This document shows, piece after piece, positions 19,548 to 28,877 of a stretch of DNA of 64,000 bases. Location: NCBI GenBank assembly GCA_964014485.1, contig CAXHAT010000008.1, positions 1-64,000 on the forward strand, in the 5' to 3' direction. The position numbers and the translations under genes were made by a program. The DNA comes from an uncultured Deferribacteres bacterium (lineage in GTDB: Bacteria > Zhuqueibacterota > Zhuqueibacteria > Zhuqueibacterales > Geothermadaptataceae). How positions within the stretch are numbered: the stretch's first letter is position 1; the number at the start of each line of letters is the position of its first letter. The notes beneath the pieces are model-generated. The model worked only from the letters and a program-made list of their open reading frames with translations. It was not told where the DNA came from and did no database searches.

Positions 19548-21356
19548 ATGATGAAAAAAAATCTGGTCATATGTTTTTTTGTTGGCGTTTGTCAAAGCGT
19601 TTTCGCCCAGGAAACGATGCCGGTCAGCGAAGTCAAAATCGGCATGACGGCGACGGCGAAGACTGTCTTTAAAGGCGCGGAAGTCGAAGCCTTTGATGTT
19701 GAAATTGTTGACGTGATGAAAAATTTCTACCCGAAGCGCGACGTGGTGATGGTGCGGCTCAAGGGTGAGAAAGCGACTTTTGCCGGCCCCACTTCGGGCA
19801 TGAGCGGCAGCCCGGTCTACTATGACGGTAAACTGATCGGAGCGCTGGCTTATTCTTGGGGAAGTTTTTTGAAAGATCCTATTATGGGCGTCACGCCGAT
19901 TGGCGAAATGCTCGAGATTTTTGAAAAAGAAAATATCCGCGCGTCAGAAGTCGCTTCTGCGGCAAACGCTGAAATTATGCAGCGCTATGTCAACCTCGTC
20001 ATGCATTTTGAACCGCATGACTGGCAAGCGTTTTTGCCTCCCGAACCTCTACACAACGCTTCATCAAATACGCTCCCGCTTCCAATCCACTTGAGTGGAT
20101 TTTCCGAGAAAATATTTCATTCAGCGCAATCCAATTTGAGCTCGTGGGGGCTGCGGGCCGTGCAGGGCGGAAAAGCGAGCAATGACACGAATACCGATGA
20201 TTTGATTCCCGGCGCCATGCTCGCCGCCGTTATCATTGCCGGCGATTACGACGTTGCCGCGACCGGAACAATTACCTATCGAAAAGGCGACAAGCTGCTC
20301 GCTTTCGGACATCCGTTTTTTGATCGGGGCCCCATAGAAATGCCGTTGGCCAAGGCAAGCGTCCTGACAACTTTGGCCAGTTCTTTTAGCTCCACCAAAA
20401 TGTCGTTGACCGGAGAAATCGTCGGTACGCTGTGGCAAGACCGCACCACCGGCATTATGGGCGAGATCGGGCCGATTCCAGCCATGACAAAAGTGAAAAT
20501 GCGCCATGTTTCAGAGCAAGGCGTTGAGACGGATTTCGATTTCGCGGTCACAAAAGATCGGTCAATCGCCTCGCTTGCTCCGCTTTTTCTGAGGCTTGCC
20601 TTGATCAATGGACTCGAGTCGGCGCGGCTTGGCGTGAGCTTAAACACGTTGCGTGTAACGGGAAATGCGTGGGTTTCAAACGGCGACGTTTTGCCGCTTG
20701 ACAATCTCTATCCGGGATACCAGCCGCAAGGCTCCTTTTCTTTCCTGAACAGCGTGCTTCACAGCACGGGCGACGTTGCGGCTCGCATGGCCGCAATCTC
20801 AAACAACCCGTTTGAAAAAGTCACTTTCGATTCAGTTTATGTCGAATTTAAATCGGAGCCGGGGCGCAAGACCGCCGAGCTGGAAAAAGCCTGGGCGAAT
20901 AAGCGGCGCTTTAAGCCAGGAGACGCAGTCGATGTTTCGTACATCGTGAAGAATTATCACGGAGAGAAAGTTACTCGAAAAGCGAAAATCGTCATCCCCA
21001 AACATGTGCGTGATCGCAGCTTGACTTTGGTAATTGGCGGCGCGAATGCAATGAACGCATTTGAGACGCGGCTGACGCCCAACAAGTTCAAGTCTGAATC
21101 GTTCAGCCGATTAATGGATGTTCTCGCACAAGCTCGGCGGAATGATCGTCTTTATATTCAATTGCGGGCGAGTGACAGAGGCGCGTATGTTGACGGTTCC
21201 TCGCTGCCCAATTTGCCCCCTTCAGTCTACCCGGTGCTCGCACGAACGTCAGACTCCAAGACCAGCCTGACGCGTGACAGGGTTATTCAAGAAATCGCAC
21301 TCCCGGTTGATGCTATGATCAGCGGCGTACAATTGATTCGATTGCGTCGCGAGTAA
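19548..21356 (+). CDS. SpoIVB/peptidase S55-domain secreted protein
   Basis: Signal peptide; SGMSGSPVYYDGKLIGAL; ATGTITY..LLAFGHPF; QDRTTGI. Confidence 0.85.
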   Translation: MMKKNLVICFFVGVCQSVFAQETMPVSEVKIGMTATAKTVFKGAEVEAFDVEIVDVMKNFYPKRDVVMVRLKGEKATFAGPTSGMSGSPVYYDGKLIGALAYSWGSFLKDPIMGVTPIGEMLEIFEKENIRASEVASAANAEIMQRYVNLVMHFEPHDWQAFLPPEPLHNASSNTLPLPIHLSGFSEKIFHSAQSNLSSWGLRAVQGGKASNDTNTDDLIPGAMLAAVIIAGDYDVAATGTITYRKGDKLLAFGHPFFDRGPIEMPLAKASVLTTLASSFSSTKMSLTGEIVGTLWQDRTTGIMGEIGPIPAMTKVKMRHVSEQGVETDFDFAVTKDRSIASLAPLFLRLALINGLESARLGVSLNTLRVTGNAWVSNGDVLPLDNLYPGYQPQGSFSFLNSVLHSTGDVAARMAAISNNPFEKVTFDSVYVEFKSEPGRKTAELEKAWANKRRFKPGDAVDVSYIVKNYHGEKVTRKAKIVIPKHVRDRSLTLVIGGANAMNAFETRLTPNKFKSESFSRLMDVLAQARRNDRLYIQLRASDRGAYVDGSSLPNLPPSVYPVLARTSDSKTSLTRDRVIQEIALPVDAMISGVQLIRLRRE

Positions 21357-21380
21357 AATAAACGATTATTAAGGCAGTTC

Positions 21381-23525
21381 ATGAAAAAAGCAGTTTTCTT
21401 TGGGGTTGTTTTTACCATCGTCCAGTTTTCCCACGCCCTTGCGTCGGGTCCGGAAGTTAAAAAATATTCCACATTTAAGCACTTTAGCGCCGGTGAAGCC
21501 GAAGGCGTTGCAATTGGTTACGACGGCAGTTTAACGCTTTCGCCGCAATTTGAAATTCTTCAAGAAACCGGCGTTTCGCAGCTTTGGCAAATGGCCAAAA
21601 TAAACAAAGCCTTATTCGTGGGCGGCGGCGATCCCGCAACCTTGATCCGAATTGAAGGGAGCGACACGACGAGCGTATATTCAGGAAAGGAAGCGGCGGT
21701 TTTCGCGTTAGAAGCGGATGCTGACGGAGGCTTGTGGTTTGCGCCTTCTCCTTCCGGCGGCGTGCATCGTTTCAAAAACGGCAAGGCGGAAAAAATCGCC
21801 CATCTTGGCGTCATTTACGTGTGGGACTTGCTGGCCCACGATGACAAAATGCTCGTCGCGACCGGCGAGCCGGGATACATTCTGAGCCTGACGCAGGCCG
21901 GCGAAATCGACACGTTTTTTGTGAGTGAAGAGACGCACATCCGCGCATTGGCCAAAGATGAGAGCGGAAACATTTATGCTGGCTCGGCGGAAAACGGGAT
22001 CATTTACAAATTTGATCGACAAGGGAAACCCTCGGTTCTGTACGATTCGCCGCAAGACGAAATCTTCGAGATTATTCCCGGGGAAAACGGCGTCATTTGG
22101 GCGGCAGGCGCTAAAGAAGGATTTCAGCGACCGCTCACGCTCCCTTCAAGCGCACAACAATCGGGCAGGACGCCTCAGGCAGGAAGCGCCGGGGCCGGTT
22201 CGGGCCAAGGGCAAAGCGCAATGTCGGTCGATCTGCCGCGTCCTTCGCGAAATAACGGCGCGATTTATAAAATTTCGTCACAGGGAACTGCAAAAAGTAT
22301 GTGGCCGCGAGACGCCGACCGCGTGCAATCTTTTGCCAGGAAGCAAGGCGGCGGGTTTGTAATTGGCGCGGGCGATGACGGACGCGTTTATGAAATGGAA
22401 GATGACGGTCGCGTCAATCTTTTGCTCGATACCGATGCTTCTCAAATCACGCAACTTGCAACGATTGACGGCTTGATTTACGGCGTAACGGCAAATCCGG
22501 GCGCTAGCGTCCAAATAAAGCCGGGCGCTGCAAAGTCAGGCGACTATTTATCAAAAGTCTTTGACGCTAAAATTCACACGCGTTGGGGCAGTCTTTCTTC
22601 CGTGCAAAACGGCGGCAAAATCACTTTTTTTACCCGCAGCGGCAACAGCGCGGAGCCTGATAAAACCTGGAGCGATTGGAAAGATTTAAATCAGCAGTCT
22701 GCAGGCGCGCAGATTCAAGCGCCGGACGCTAGATTCTTACAGTGGAAAGCCGTTCTTCAAACACGCGGCGGATCAGCTCCGAAGCTCACCGAGGTGCGAT
22801 TCGGCTATATGCAAAAAAATATCGCTCCGGAGATCAACACAATCACGATCCATGAATTTGGCGTGAGCTTCCCGGACGCGGTTGCGGACGGCATGAAACG
22901 CGAACTCTGGAATCATCGCGGAGGCGTGAATGGAGCTGCGAACGGCAGAAGTTCCGGAAACAGGAAAAAGGTAACCATGCAGGGTTTCCAATCTGTGAGC
23001 TGGAACGCCGTCGATCAAAATGGCGACGATTTGATTTATGACGTTTTCTACAAGAAAAGGACGGGGGGCGCTTGGCGACCGTTGGTGAGTGAATTCACGG
23101 CGGGAGTCTATTCGTGGGACAGTCGGACGATTGAAGACGGCGAATACATCGTAAAAGTTGTCGCTTCAGACGCGCCTTCAAATCAGGCGAGCGAAGCCGA
23201 AACCGCCGAAAAAACAAGCGAGCCTTTTCGCGTGGATAATACGGCGCCGACGATTACAGGGCTAAAATCAGCCGCTTCAGGCAAGACGACCACCGTCACA
23301 TTCAATGTCACGGATGAAGGCGCTCGTTTGAAAGAAGCCTGGTATGCGATTGACGCGAGTCCCTGGAAAATTTTGTATTCAACGGACGGTATTTTAGACG
23401 CATTCTCCGAATCATTCAGCATCACTTTCGAAAATCTCGCCGCTGGCGCGCACATGCTGACGATCAAAGTTTTCGACGAAAATGACAACGTTCGTTTTGC
23501 CCATTTGAATTTTGAAGCGAAGTAG
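21381..23525 (+). CDS. Secreted beta-propeller (WD40-like) protein with FN3/Ig C-terminus; partner of the S55 gene
   Basis: Signal peptide; repeated propeller blades (HIRALAKDESGNIYAGS..GIIYK); SWNAVDQNGDDLIYDVFY; RVDNTAPTI; 24 nt after the S55 stop. Confidence 0.75.
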   Translation: MKKAVFFGVVFTIVQFSHALASGPEVKKYSTFKHFSAGEAEGVAIGYDGSLTLSPQFEILQETGVSQLWQMAKINKALFVGGGDPATLIRIEGSDTTSVYSGKEAAVFALEADADGGLWFAPSPSGGVHRFKNGKAEKIAHLGVIYVWDLLAHDDKMLVATGEPGYILSLTQAGEIDTFFVSEETHIRALAKDESGNIYAGSAENGIIYKFDRQGKPSVLYDSPQDEIFEIIPGENGVIWAAGAKEGFQRPLTLPSSAQQSGRTPQAGSAGAGSGQGQSAMSVDLPRPSRNNGAIYKISSQGTAKSMWPRDADRVQSFARKQGGGFVIGAGDDGRVYEMEDDGRVNLLLDTDASQITQLATIDGLIYGVTANPGASVQIKPGAAKSGDYLSKVFDAKIHTRWGSLSSVQNGGKITFFTRSGNSAEPDKTWSDWKDLNQQSAGAQIQAPDARFLQWKAVLQTRGGSAPKLTEVRFGYMQKNIAPEINTITIHEFGVSFPDAVADGMKRELWNHRGGVNGAANGRSSGNRKKVTMQGFQSVSWNAVDQNGDDLIYDVFYKKRTGGAWRPLVSEFTAGVYSWDSRTIEDGEYIVKVVASDAPSNQASEAETAEKTSEPFRVDNTAPTITGLKSAASGKTTTVTFNVTDEGARLKEAWYAIDASPWKILYSTDGILDAFSESFSITFENLAAGAHMLTIKVFDENDNVRFAHLNFEAK

Positions 23526-23559
23526 ACAAAACTGAAAACTCTTCCAGAAAGCAGAAAAC

Positions 23560-24558
23560 ATGGTCTCCCAAAACCACCTCGACGCCATCCGCGAAATTAT
23601 AGATAGTTCACACCAGGTTCTTATCACAACGCACGTAAACCCTGACGGCGACGCCATTGGCTCTGAAATGGCGTTGGCCCGCTATCTTGGGCAAATCGGC
23701 AAAAGCGTCAAGATCATCAATTCCAGCCCAACGCCTTCAGGAATGCGGTTTCTTGACCCCCGCAACGCCATCGAAGTTTTCGACGAAGATCGACACATCG
23801 AAGACGTGACGGCGGCGGACGCAGTGTTCATTCTCGATATCAGCGATTGGGCGCGTTTGCAAGACCTGGGCAAGCTTTTGAAAAAAATGCATTATCCCAG
23901 AGTGTGTATCGATCATCATCCGGCGCAGAATAAATTCGTCGACATTGACGCGATTTATCCAAAAGCCAGCTCGACGGGCGAGCTGATTTACGATTGCCTG
24001 AAGGCGTGGGGCGCAAAACTGAACATGCGTATTTGTGAGGCGATGTACACCGCCGTCATGACGGATACCGGCGGCTTTCGGTTTTCAAACACCTCGCCGC
24101 GCGTGCATGAAATCGCCGCTGATTTTTTGCGCTACAAAGTGTCGCCCAACAACGTCTACGCCGAACTATACGAAAATCAACCAATCGAGCGCGTTAAATT
24201 GATGGGCGAAGTGGCGGGAACGATTGAGACCAGCGCCGACGGTCGCGCCGGCTGGGTCTACGTGACGCAGGACATGCTGCGCAAAACCGGCGCAACGTTA
24301 AAAGACACAGACGGATTCTCCGATTTGCCGCGAACGATTGAAGGCATTGAAGTGGCGCTTTTTTTCGCCGAATTGGAAGACCCCAAAGTCAAGGTCAGCT
24401 TTCGTTCAAAAGGCCGCGTCGTCATCAACGAAGTCGCCAGAAAATTTGACGGCGGCGGGCATAAATTTGCGGCCGGGGCGACGATTAAGGGCAAACTGCC
24501 AGACGTGATGGAAAGCGTTATTCGCGAAATAACGAATCTTCTCAATCCTGCCGGTTAA
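23560..24558 (+). CDS. nrnA: DHH/DHHA1 phosphoesterase (NrnA-like oligoribonuclease/PAP phosphatase)
   Basis: THVNPDGDAIGS, IDHH, TDTGGFRF, SFRSK, GGGHKFAAG. Confidence 0.9.
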   Translation: MVSQNHLDAIREIIDSSHQVLITTHVNPDGDAIGSEMALARYLGQIGKSVKIINSSPTPSGMRFLDPRNAIEVFDEDRHIEDVTAADAVFILDISDWARLQDLGKLLKKMHYPRVCIDHHPAQNKFVDIDAIYPKASSTGELIYDCLKAWGAKLNMRICEAMYTAVMTDTGGFRFSNTSPRVHEIAADFLRYKVSPNNVYAELYENQPIERVKLMGEVAGTIETSADGRAGWVYVTQDMLRKTGATLKDTDGFSDLPRTIEGIEVALFFAELEDPKVKVSFRSKGRVVINEVARKFDGGGHKFAAGATIKGKLPDVMESVIREITNLLNPAG

Positions 24559-24607
24559 CATGCGTGATTTTTTACCCAAATAACTTCACTGACACTTTGT
24601 TCCGACC

Positions 24608-25783
24608 ATGAAAAATCAGGTAAGCAGCATCGTTTCGGAATTTGCGCCCAAGTTGATTGAGATTCGACGGCGCCTGCATGAGATTCCGGAATTGGGAAAC
24701 CAGGAACACAAAACAACGGCGCTTATCGCTGCGCAACTTGCGGAAGCCGGATTGACGCTCCGTCCCGATATTGAAGGAACCGGGGTTATTGCGGAAATCG
24801 AAGGCGCTGATGAAAAGATCGTTGGTTTGCGGGTGGACATCGACGCGCTCCCCATCGAGGAATTGACCGGCGTTTCTTACGCATCGAAAAACAACGGCCT
24901 TATGCACGCCTGCGGGCATGACGTTCATACGACTGTGGGCATTGGCGTCGCCCATGTGCTCAAAGCTCTCGCTGAGAAACCGCCGTGGACGGTGCGGTTG
25001 CTTTTCCAGCCCGCCGAAGAGTTGCAGCCGGGCGGTTCCGTCGGCTTTATCAAGCAAGGCGCGTTACGAAATATGTCCGCTATTTTTGGCGTTCACGTCG
25101 ATCCCGGAATAGAAGTCGGCAACATCGGCCTGAAGTACGGCCCGCACCTGGCTTCGGTCGATGTATTTGAAATCGAAATTTTCGGCAAAGGCGGACACGC
25201 CGCACACCCGCACTTGGCGGTCGATTCGATTTATATTGCGGCGAAAGCGGTGACGGCCTTACAAAGCATCCCCGCCAGAAACATTGACCCTGTAAAACCG
25301 GCGGTTTTGACAGTCACTTCCATTCACGGCGGCAGAGCCAAAAACATCATCCCTGAAAGCGTCAAGCTGGCGGGAACGATTCGCACTTTGGACAACGGCG
25401 TGCGCGCCGAAATCCCCGAATTGATGAAACGCGTGCTCGCCGGCGTGACACAGGCGTTTGGCGGCGACTTCACTATTGAGCTGACGCGCGGTTCTTCGGT
25501 TTTGGTTAACGACAAAGTTTGTACACAAGTGTTCCAAAAAGCTGCGACAGAGCTTTTGGGCGAAAAACATGTTCAAATTATACAAGTTCCCCGAATGGGA
25601 TCCGAAGATTTTGCCAATTATCTCGACCACATTCCCGGCGCGATGATGCGCCTGGGCGTCAGCTCCAGTGCAGAAACTTCTCACTCTCTCCACTCCCCAT
25701 ATTTCAATATTGACGAAAGCGCGATTCCGATCGGCGTTGAAGTTTTGGTGCGCACGCTCCTGGACTACATGAAAGTCGGTTAA
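24608..25783 (+). CDS. M20 family amidohydrolase
   Basis: RRRLHEIPELG, RVDIDALP, MHACGHDVH, FQPAEE, GKGGHAA, SEDF, LHSP. Confidence 0.92.
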   Translation: MKNQVSSIVSEFAPKLIEIRRRLHEIPELGNQEHKTTALIAAQLAEAGLTLRPDIEGTGVIAEIEGADEKIVGLRVDIDALPIEELTGVSYASKNNGLMHACGHDVHTTVGIGVAHVLKALAEKPPWTVRLLFQPAEELQPGGSVGFIKQGALRNMSAIFGVHVDPGIEVGNIGLKYGPHLASVDVFEIEIFGKGGHAAHPHLAVDSIYIAAKAVTALQSIPARNIDPVKPAVLTVTSIHGGRAKNIIPESVKLAGTIRTLDNGVRAEIPELMKRVLAGVTQAFGGDFTIELTRGSSVLVNDKVCTQVFQKAATELLGEKHVQIIQVPRMGSEDFANYLDHIPGAMMRLGVSSSAETSHSLHSPYFNIDESAIPIGVEVLVRTLLDYMKVG

Positions 25784-25959
25784 AAAATGACATTATTTTA
25801 AAGCCTTTACAACGTTCAGTGCGCGTATAGTATAAAATGCGACAAGTCCGGCTTCTGAACCGGCGCCGCATGGCCGAAAGGCGCAAACCGCACATCGACG
25901 GATTGAACGGTTAAATGCCGGATACGGAACGTGCTGAATCAACTCGACTTTTACACCCC

Positions 25960-26673
25960 ATGTCACAAAACAAGAACCAACTTGAACTGGATGAGCTGAA
26001 GAACCTTGTCTTCAGGATTTCTCACAGCTTGAAGTCTCCGCTTGCCTCCAGCGAAGGCTTACTGGATATTCTTGAAAGCGAGTTGGCGGATCAGCTTTCC
26101 GAAGATCAAAAAAAATATATTGCCGGCGTTCGGACGAATATAAGGCTGGTGAATCGCATGGGGGAAGATTTGGTGGAATTTTGCCGCGTCGGCGAAGCCA
26201 GATCGGCCTACTCCGAATGTTCATTACAAGAAATTGTGACCGCCCTCACCGAAACAGTCAATTTTTCTTACCCTCAGAAATCAATTGCCTGGAAAATTCC
26301 GCGGCAACTTCCAAACGTCTATTGCGATAGTGGCGACTTGGCGACCGTTTTTGAAAATTTGTTGAACAACGCGGCAAAATACAGCCGCCCTGAAAATCAA
26401 TGCATTGTAGAAATAGAATTTCAAGAACTGCCCCGGTTTTACGCATTTCATGTTCGCGACAATGGAATTGGCGTTAGCCCGAGCGAGAAAGAAAATGCTT
26501 TTGAACTTTTTCATCGCGGGAGCAATGTTGGCCAAATTGAAGGCACAGGATTGGGATTGGCCATTTGTTCTCGAATCATCAAGAAATACGGCGGATTCAT
26601 GTCGCTTAAACCGCGACGAAAGTATGGCGTCTCCGTTTCCTTTACCCTGCCCAAAGCTTCAGCCGCATCTTAA
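25960..26673 (+). CDS. Histidine kinase core (HisKA + HATPase) without sensor domain
   Basis: ISHSLKSPL (H box), NLLNNAAKY, VRDNGIG, GTGLGLAIC. Confidence 0.85.
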   Translation: MSQNKNQLELDELKNLVFRISHSLKSPLASSEGLLDILESELADQLSEDQKKYIAGVRTNIRLVNRMGEDLVEFCRVGEARSAYSECSLQEIVTALTETVNFSYPQKSIAWKIPRQLPNVYCDSGDLATVFENLLNNAAKYSRPENQCIVEIEFQELPRFYAFHVRDNGIGVSPSEKENAFELFHRGSNVGQIEGTGLGLAICSRIIKKYGGFMSLKPRRKYGVSVSFTLPKASAAS

Positions 26674-27012
26674 GAAATCGCTGATTTCTCGCCTCGTAGA
26701 ATAACTTTCTCACTGTTCCCTGCAGCAGCGGACGAATACCAACCGCCTGATTTTTTACCTTACCTCGCCGCCTGATTTCTGCATTCCGCACGGATGAACC
26801 TATTTTACATGATGATGATCAAAAAAATCGCCAGGCAAGGACGCTTTTTCGGCGGTAAATGATCTGCCCCTGCGCTGTGTATCGCAACACCCTTTGAAAC
26901 CTTGGGTTAACGTCTTCTGTGAGAGACGTCCGTTTTAGCGAGAAACTCAGCGCCGCCTTGCCTGCTTTAATTCTATAACCGCTTATTTAAACGATAAAAG
27001 ACAGGTGAAATA

Positions 27013-27471
27013 ATGAAAAAAGTATTTTTCATCGCTGCGGCGTTTTTGTTCTCCTGCAAAGGGCCAAACGGCGTGCAGGAAATTACGATTCTCGCGAACG
27101 AAATGGAAAGAACGGCCGGAACAAGAATTATTGACGAAGGCGTCCTGGTTCACGGCTCAGGAGTGACTTCTGAAGACGGTGTGACCGTTAAAATCCCGTT
27201 TCGCGATTTCAGCGTTTCCGGGCGTTTTAAGAATTCGAACAAAGGCCAAACCGAAGCGCCGATGTTAAAAGTTTTCATTCAAGGCCAGGAAGTGACTTCA
27301 CAATCTGTACAGGATTCTGAATTCGTAGACTATAATTTGGGGTCGTATAGCGACGCAGGCGACTTTTTGACGCTCATTCTGGCAAACGACGGCACCGTAC
27401 GCGATAGCACCAATACAATTATCGCAGACGTAAACGTGACCATACAGAGCTTGACCTTCAAAATCAATTGA
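27013..27471 (+). CDS. Lipoprotein with possible carbohydrate-binding (CBM60-like) domain
   Basis: Lipobox FLFSC; APMLKVFI..LILAND..DVNVTI resembles the ND..D(R)N(L) pattern of Ca-dependent CBMs; RBS AGGTGA. Confidence 0.55.
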   Translation: MKKVFFIAAAFLFSCKGPNGVQEITILANEMERTAGTRIIDEGVLVHGSGVTSEDGVTVKIPFRDFSVSGRFKNSNKGQTEAPMLKVFIQGQEVTSQSVQDSEFVDYNLGSYSDAGDFLTLILANDGTVRDSTNTIIADVNVTIQSLTFKIN

Positions 27472-27513
27472 CGGGTCAATCTTCGAAATTGCAGAAAATC
27501 TCAATTTGAGAGT

Positions 27514-27549
27514 AAACCCCGTTTGCCTGAAAAAGCGACGGGGTTTTTT
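27514..27549 (+). terminator. Rho-independent terminator
   Basis: aaaccccgtt..gacggggttt followed by T-run. Confidence 0.65.
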
Positions 27550-27621
27550 ATTGCATCCGAATTCCAATACCGCTACTTTTTGACATTACTGAAACATCCG
27601 CACACGCTTCAGGAATGTCCT

Positions 27622-28707
27622 ATGAAAATCGCGTTTCTCGATAGTTTTTACGGCGGTTCGCACAAGAACTTCCTCGATGGTCTCATTAAGTACAGCAAGC
27701 ACGAAATTAAGCCGTTCGTGTTGCCCGCCCGATTTTGGAAATGGCGCATGCGCAGTTCCGCCATGTATTTCGCCGATCAATTTTCAAAAGAATTCAGAAA
27801 ATTCGATCTCGTCGTCTCGACCGACATGATGAATCTGGCGGAATTTAAAGCGCTTTCCGGCTATTCCGGCCCGACGATTCACTTCCTGCACGAAAATCAG
27901 CTCACCTACCCGCTTCCTGGCCACGATACTTACGAACTGCATTTTGGCTTCATTAACATGGCATCGGCAATGGCGGCGGATCTGAACCTATTCAACTCCA
28001 ATTTCCAATACAGAGAATTTTTTCAGGAACTGCCGAATCTTATCAATCGCATTCCTGAGTTTTTCCCGATTGACGCAGCGGAAAAGATTCGCAACAAAAG
28101 CCGCGTCATTTATATGGGCTGTGATTTTACACATTTCAAAAACGCGAAGTCGCCCAAAAACAAAACGCCCATCATTCTGTGGAGCCACCGCTGGGAATTT
28201 GATAAGCAGCCGCACGTTTTTTTTAAAGCGCTTTACACGCTTGCCGAACAAGGCGTTGATTTCAAATTGATTATTCTTGGAGAGAATTTTCAAATTCACC
28301 CCAAGGAGTTTCTCGAAGCGCGCGAACGACTTTCAGATCGCATCATTCGCTACGGTTTTGTTGAAAGCAAAGAAGACTATGCCCACTATCTCAATTTGGC
28401 CGATATTTCTCTTTCAACCGCGAAGCAGGAAAACTTTGGTTTTGCCATTGCTGAAGCCATGTATTGCAAGACGATCCCTCTGCTGCCCAACCGCTTATCC
28501 TACCCCGAACTTCTTGAACCGCGTTTCCACGACCGATTCCTTTACAATGACGACATCGAACTCGTCACAAAGCTCCGGGAATTGCTGAACGATTATCGAT
28601 CCTACGATGACGTGCGGCGCGAACTATCGGATTCCATTGCCCGATTCACCTGGGAAAACCGCATCGACGATTTTGACAAGACATTTGAAGAAGTCGCCGC
28701 AAAGTAA
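27622..28707 (+). CDS. GT4 glycosyltransferase with DUF3524 N-terminus (GTDC1/QTMAN-like)
   Basis: FYGGSH, LPARFWKWRMR, HENQLTYP, FNS, WSHRWEFDKQP, ENFG..AEA, LPNRLSYPEL. Confidence 0.85.
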   Translation: MKIAFLDSFYGGSHKNFLDGLIKYSKHEIKPFVLPARFWKWRMRSSAMYFADQFSKEFRKFDLVVSTDMMNLAEFKALSGYSGPTIHFLHENQLTYPLPGHDTYELHFGFINMASAMAADLNLFNSNFQYREFFQELPNLINRIPEFFPIDAAEKIRNKSRVIYMGCDFTHFKNAKSPKNKTPIILWSHRWEFDKQPHVFFKALYTLAEQGVDFKLIILGENFQIHPKEFLEARERLSDRIIRYGFVESKEDYAHYLNLADISLSTAKQENFGFAIAEAMYCKTIPLLPNRLSYPELLEPRFHDRFLYNDDIELVTKLRELLNDYRSYDDVRRELSDSIARFTWENRIDDFDKTFEEVAAK

Positions 28708-28711
28708 AATT

Positions 28712-28791
28712 TGGAACAACGGAATAGCGGATTAATGGAATGTTGGAACCTCGTTTTCATCAATCCAATATTCCACGAATCCAGCAACCCA
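28712..28791. repeat. Inverted array of 8-nt-period (YGGAnnnn)n / (TCCAnnnn)n units
   Basis: YGGA at 28712, 28720, 28728, 28736, 28744; TCCA-like at 28756, 28764, 28772, 28780, 28788. Confidence 0.75.
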
Positions 28792-28877
28792 TTTTCCGTT
28801 GCCTGCTCGCACTTGTGCCTGAACGCCTGTATTTTGTAACACAAATGTCACGCAATCAAATTGAGAGAACATATACA

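Noticed and set aside
25860..25925. GCCGAAAGGCGCAAACC..TGCCG as c-di-GMP-I riboswitch
   Set aside because: Lacks the upstream GGCAAA element and the GNRA stem is too short; partial resemblance only.
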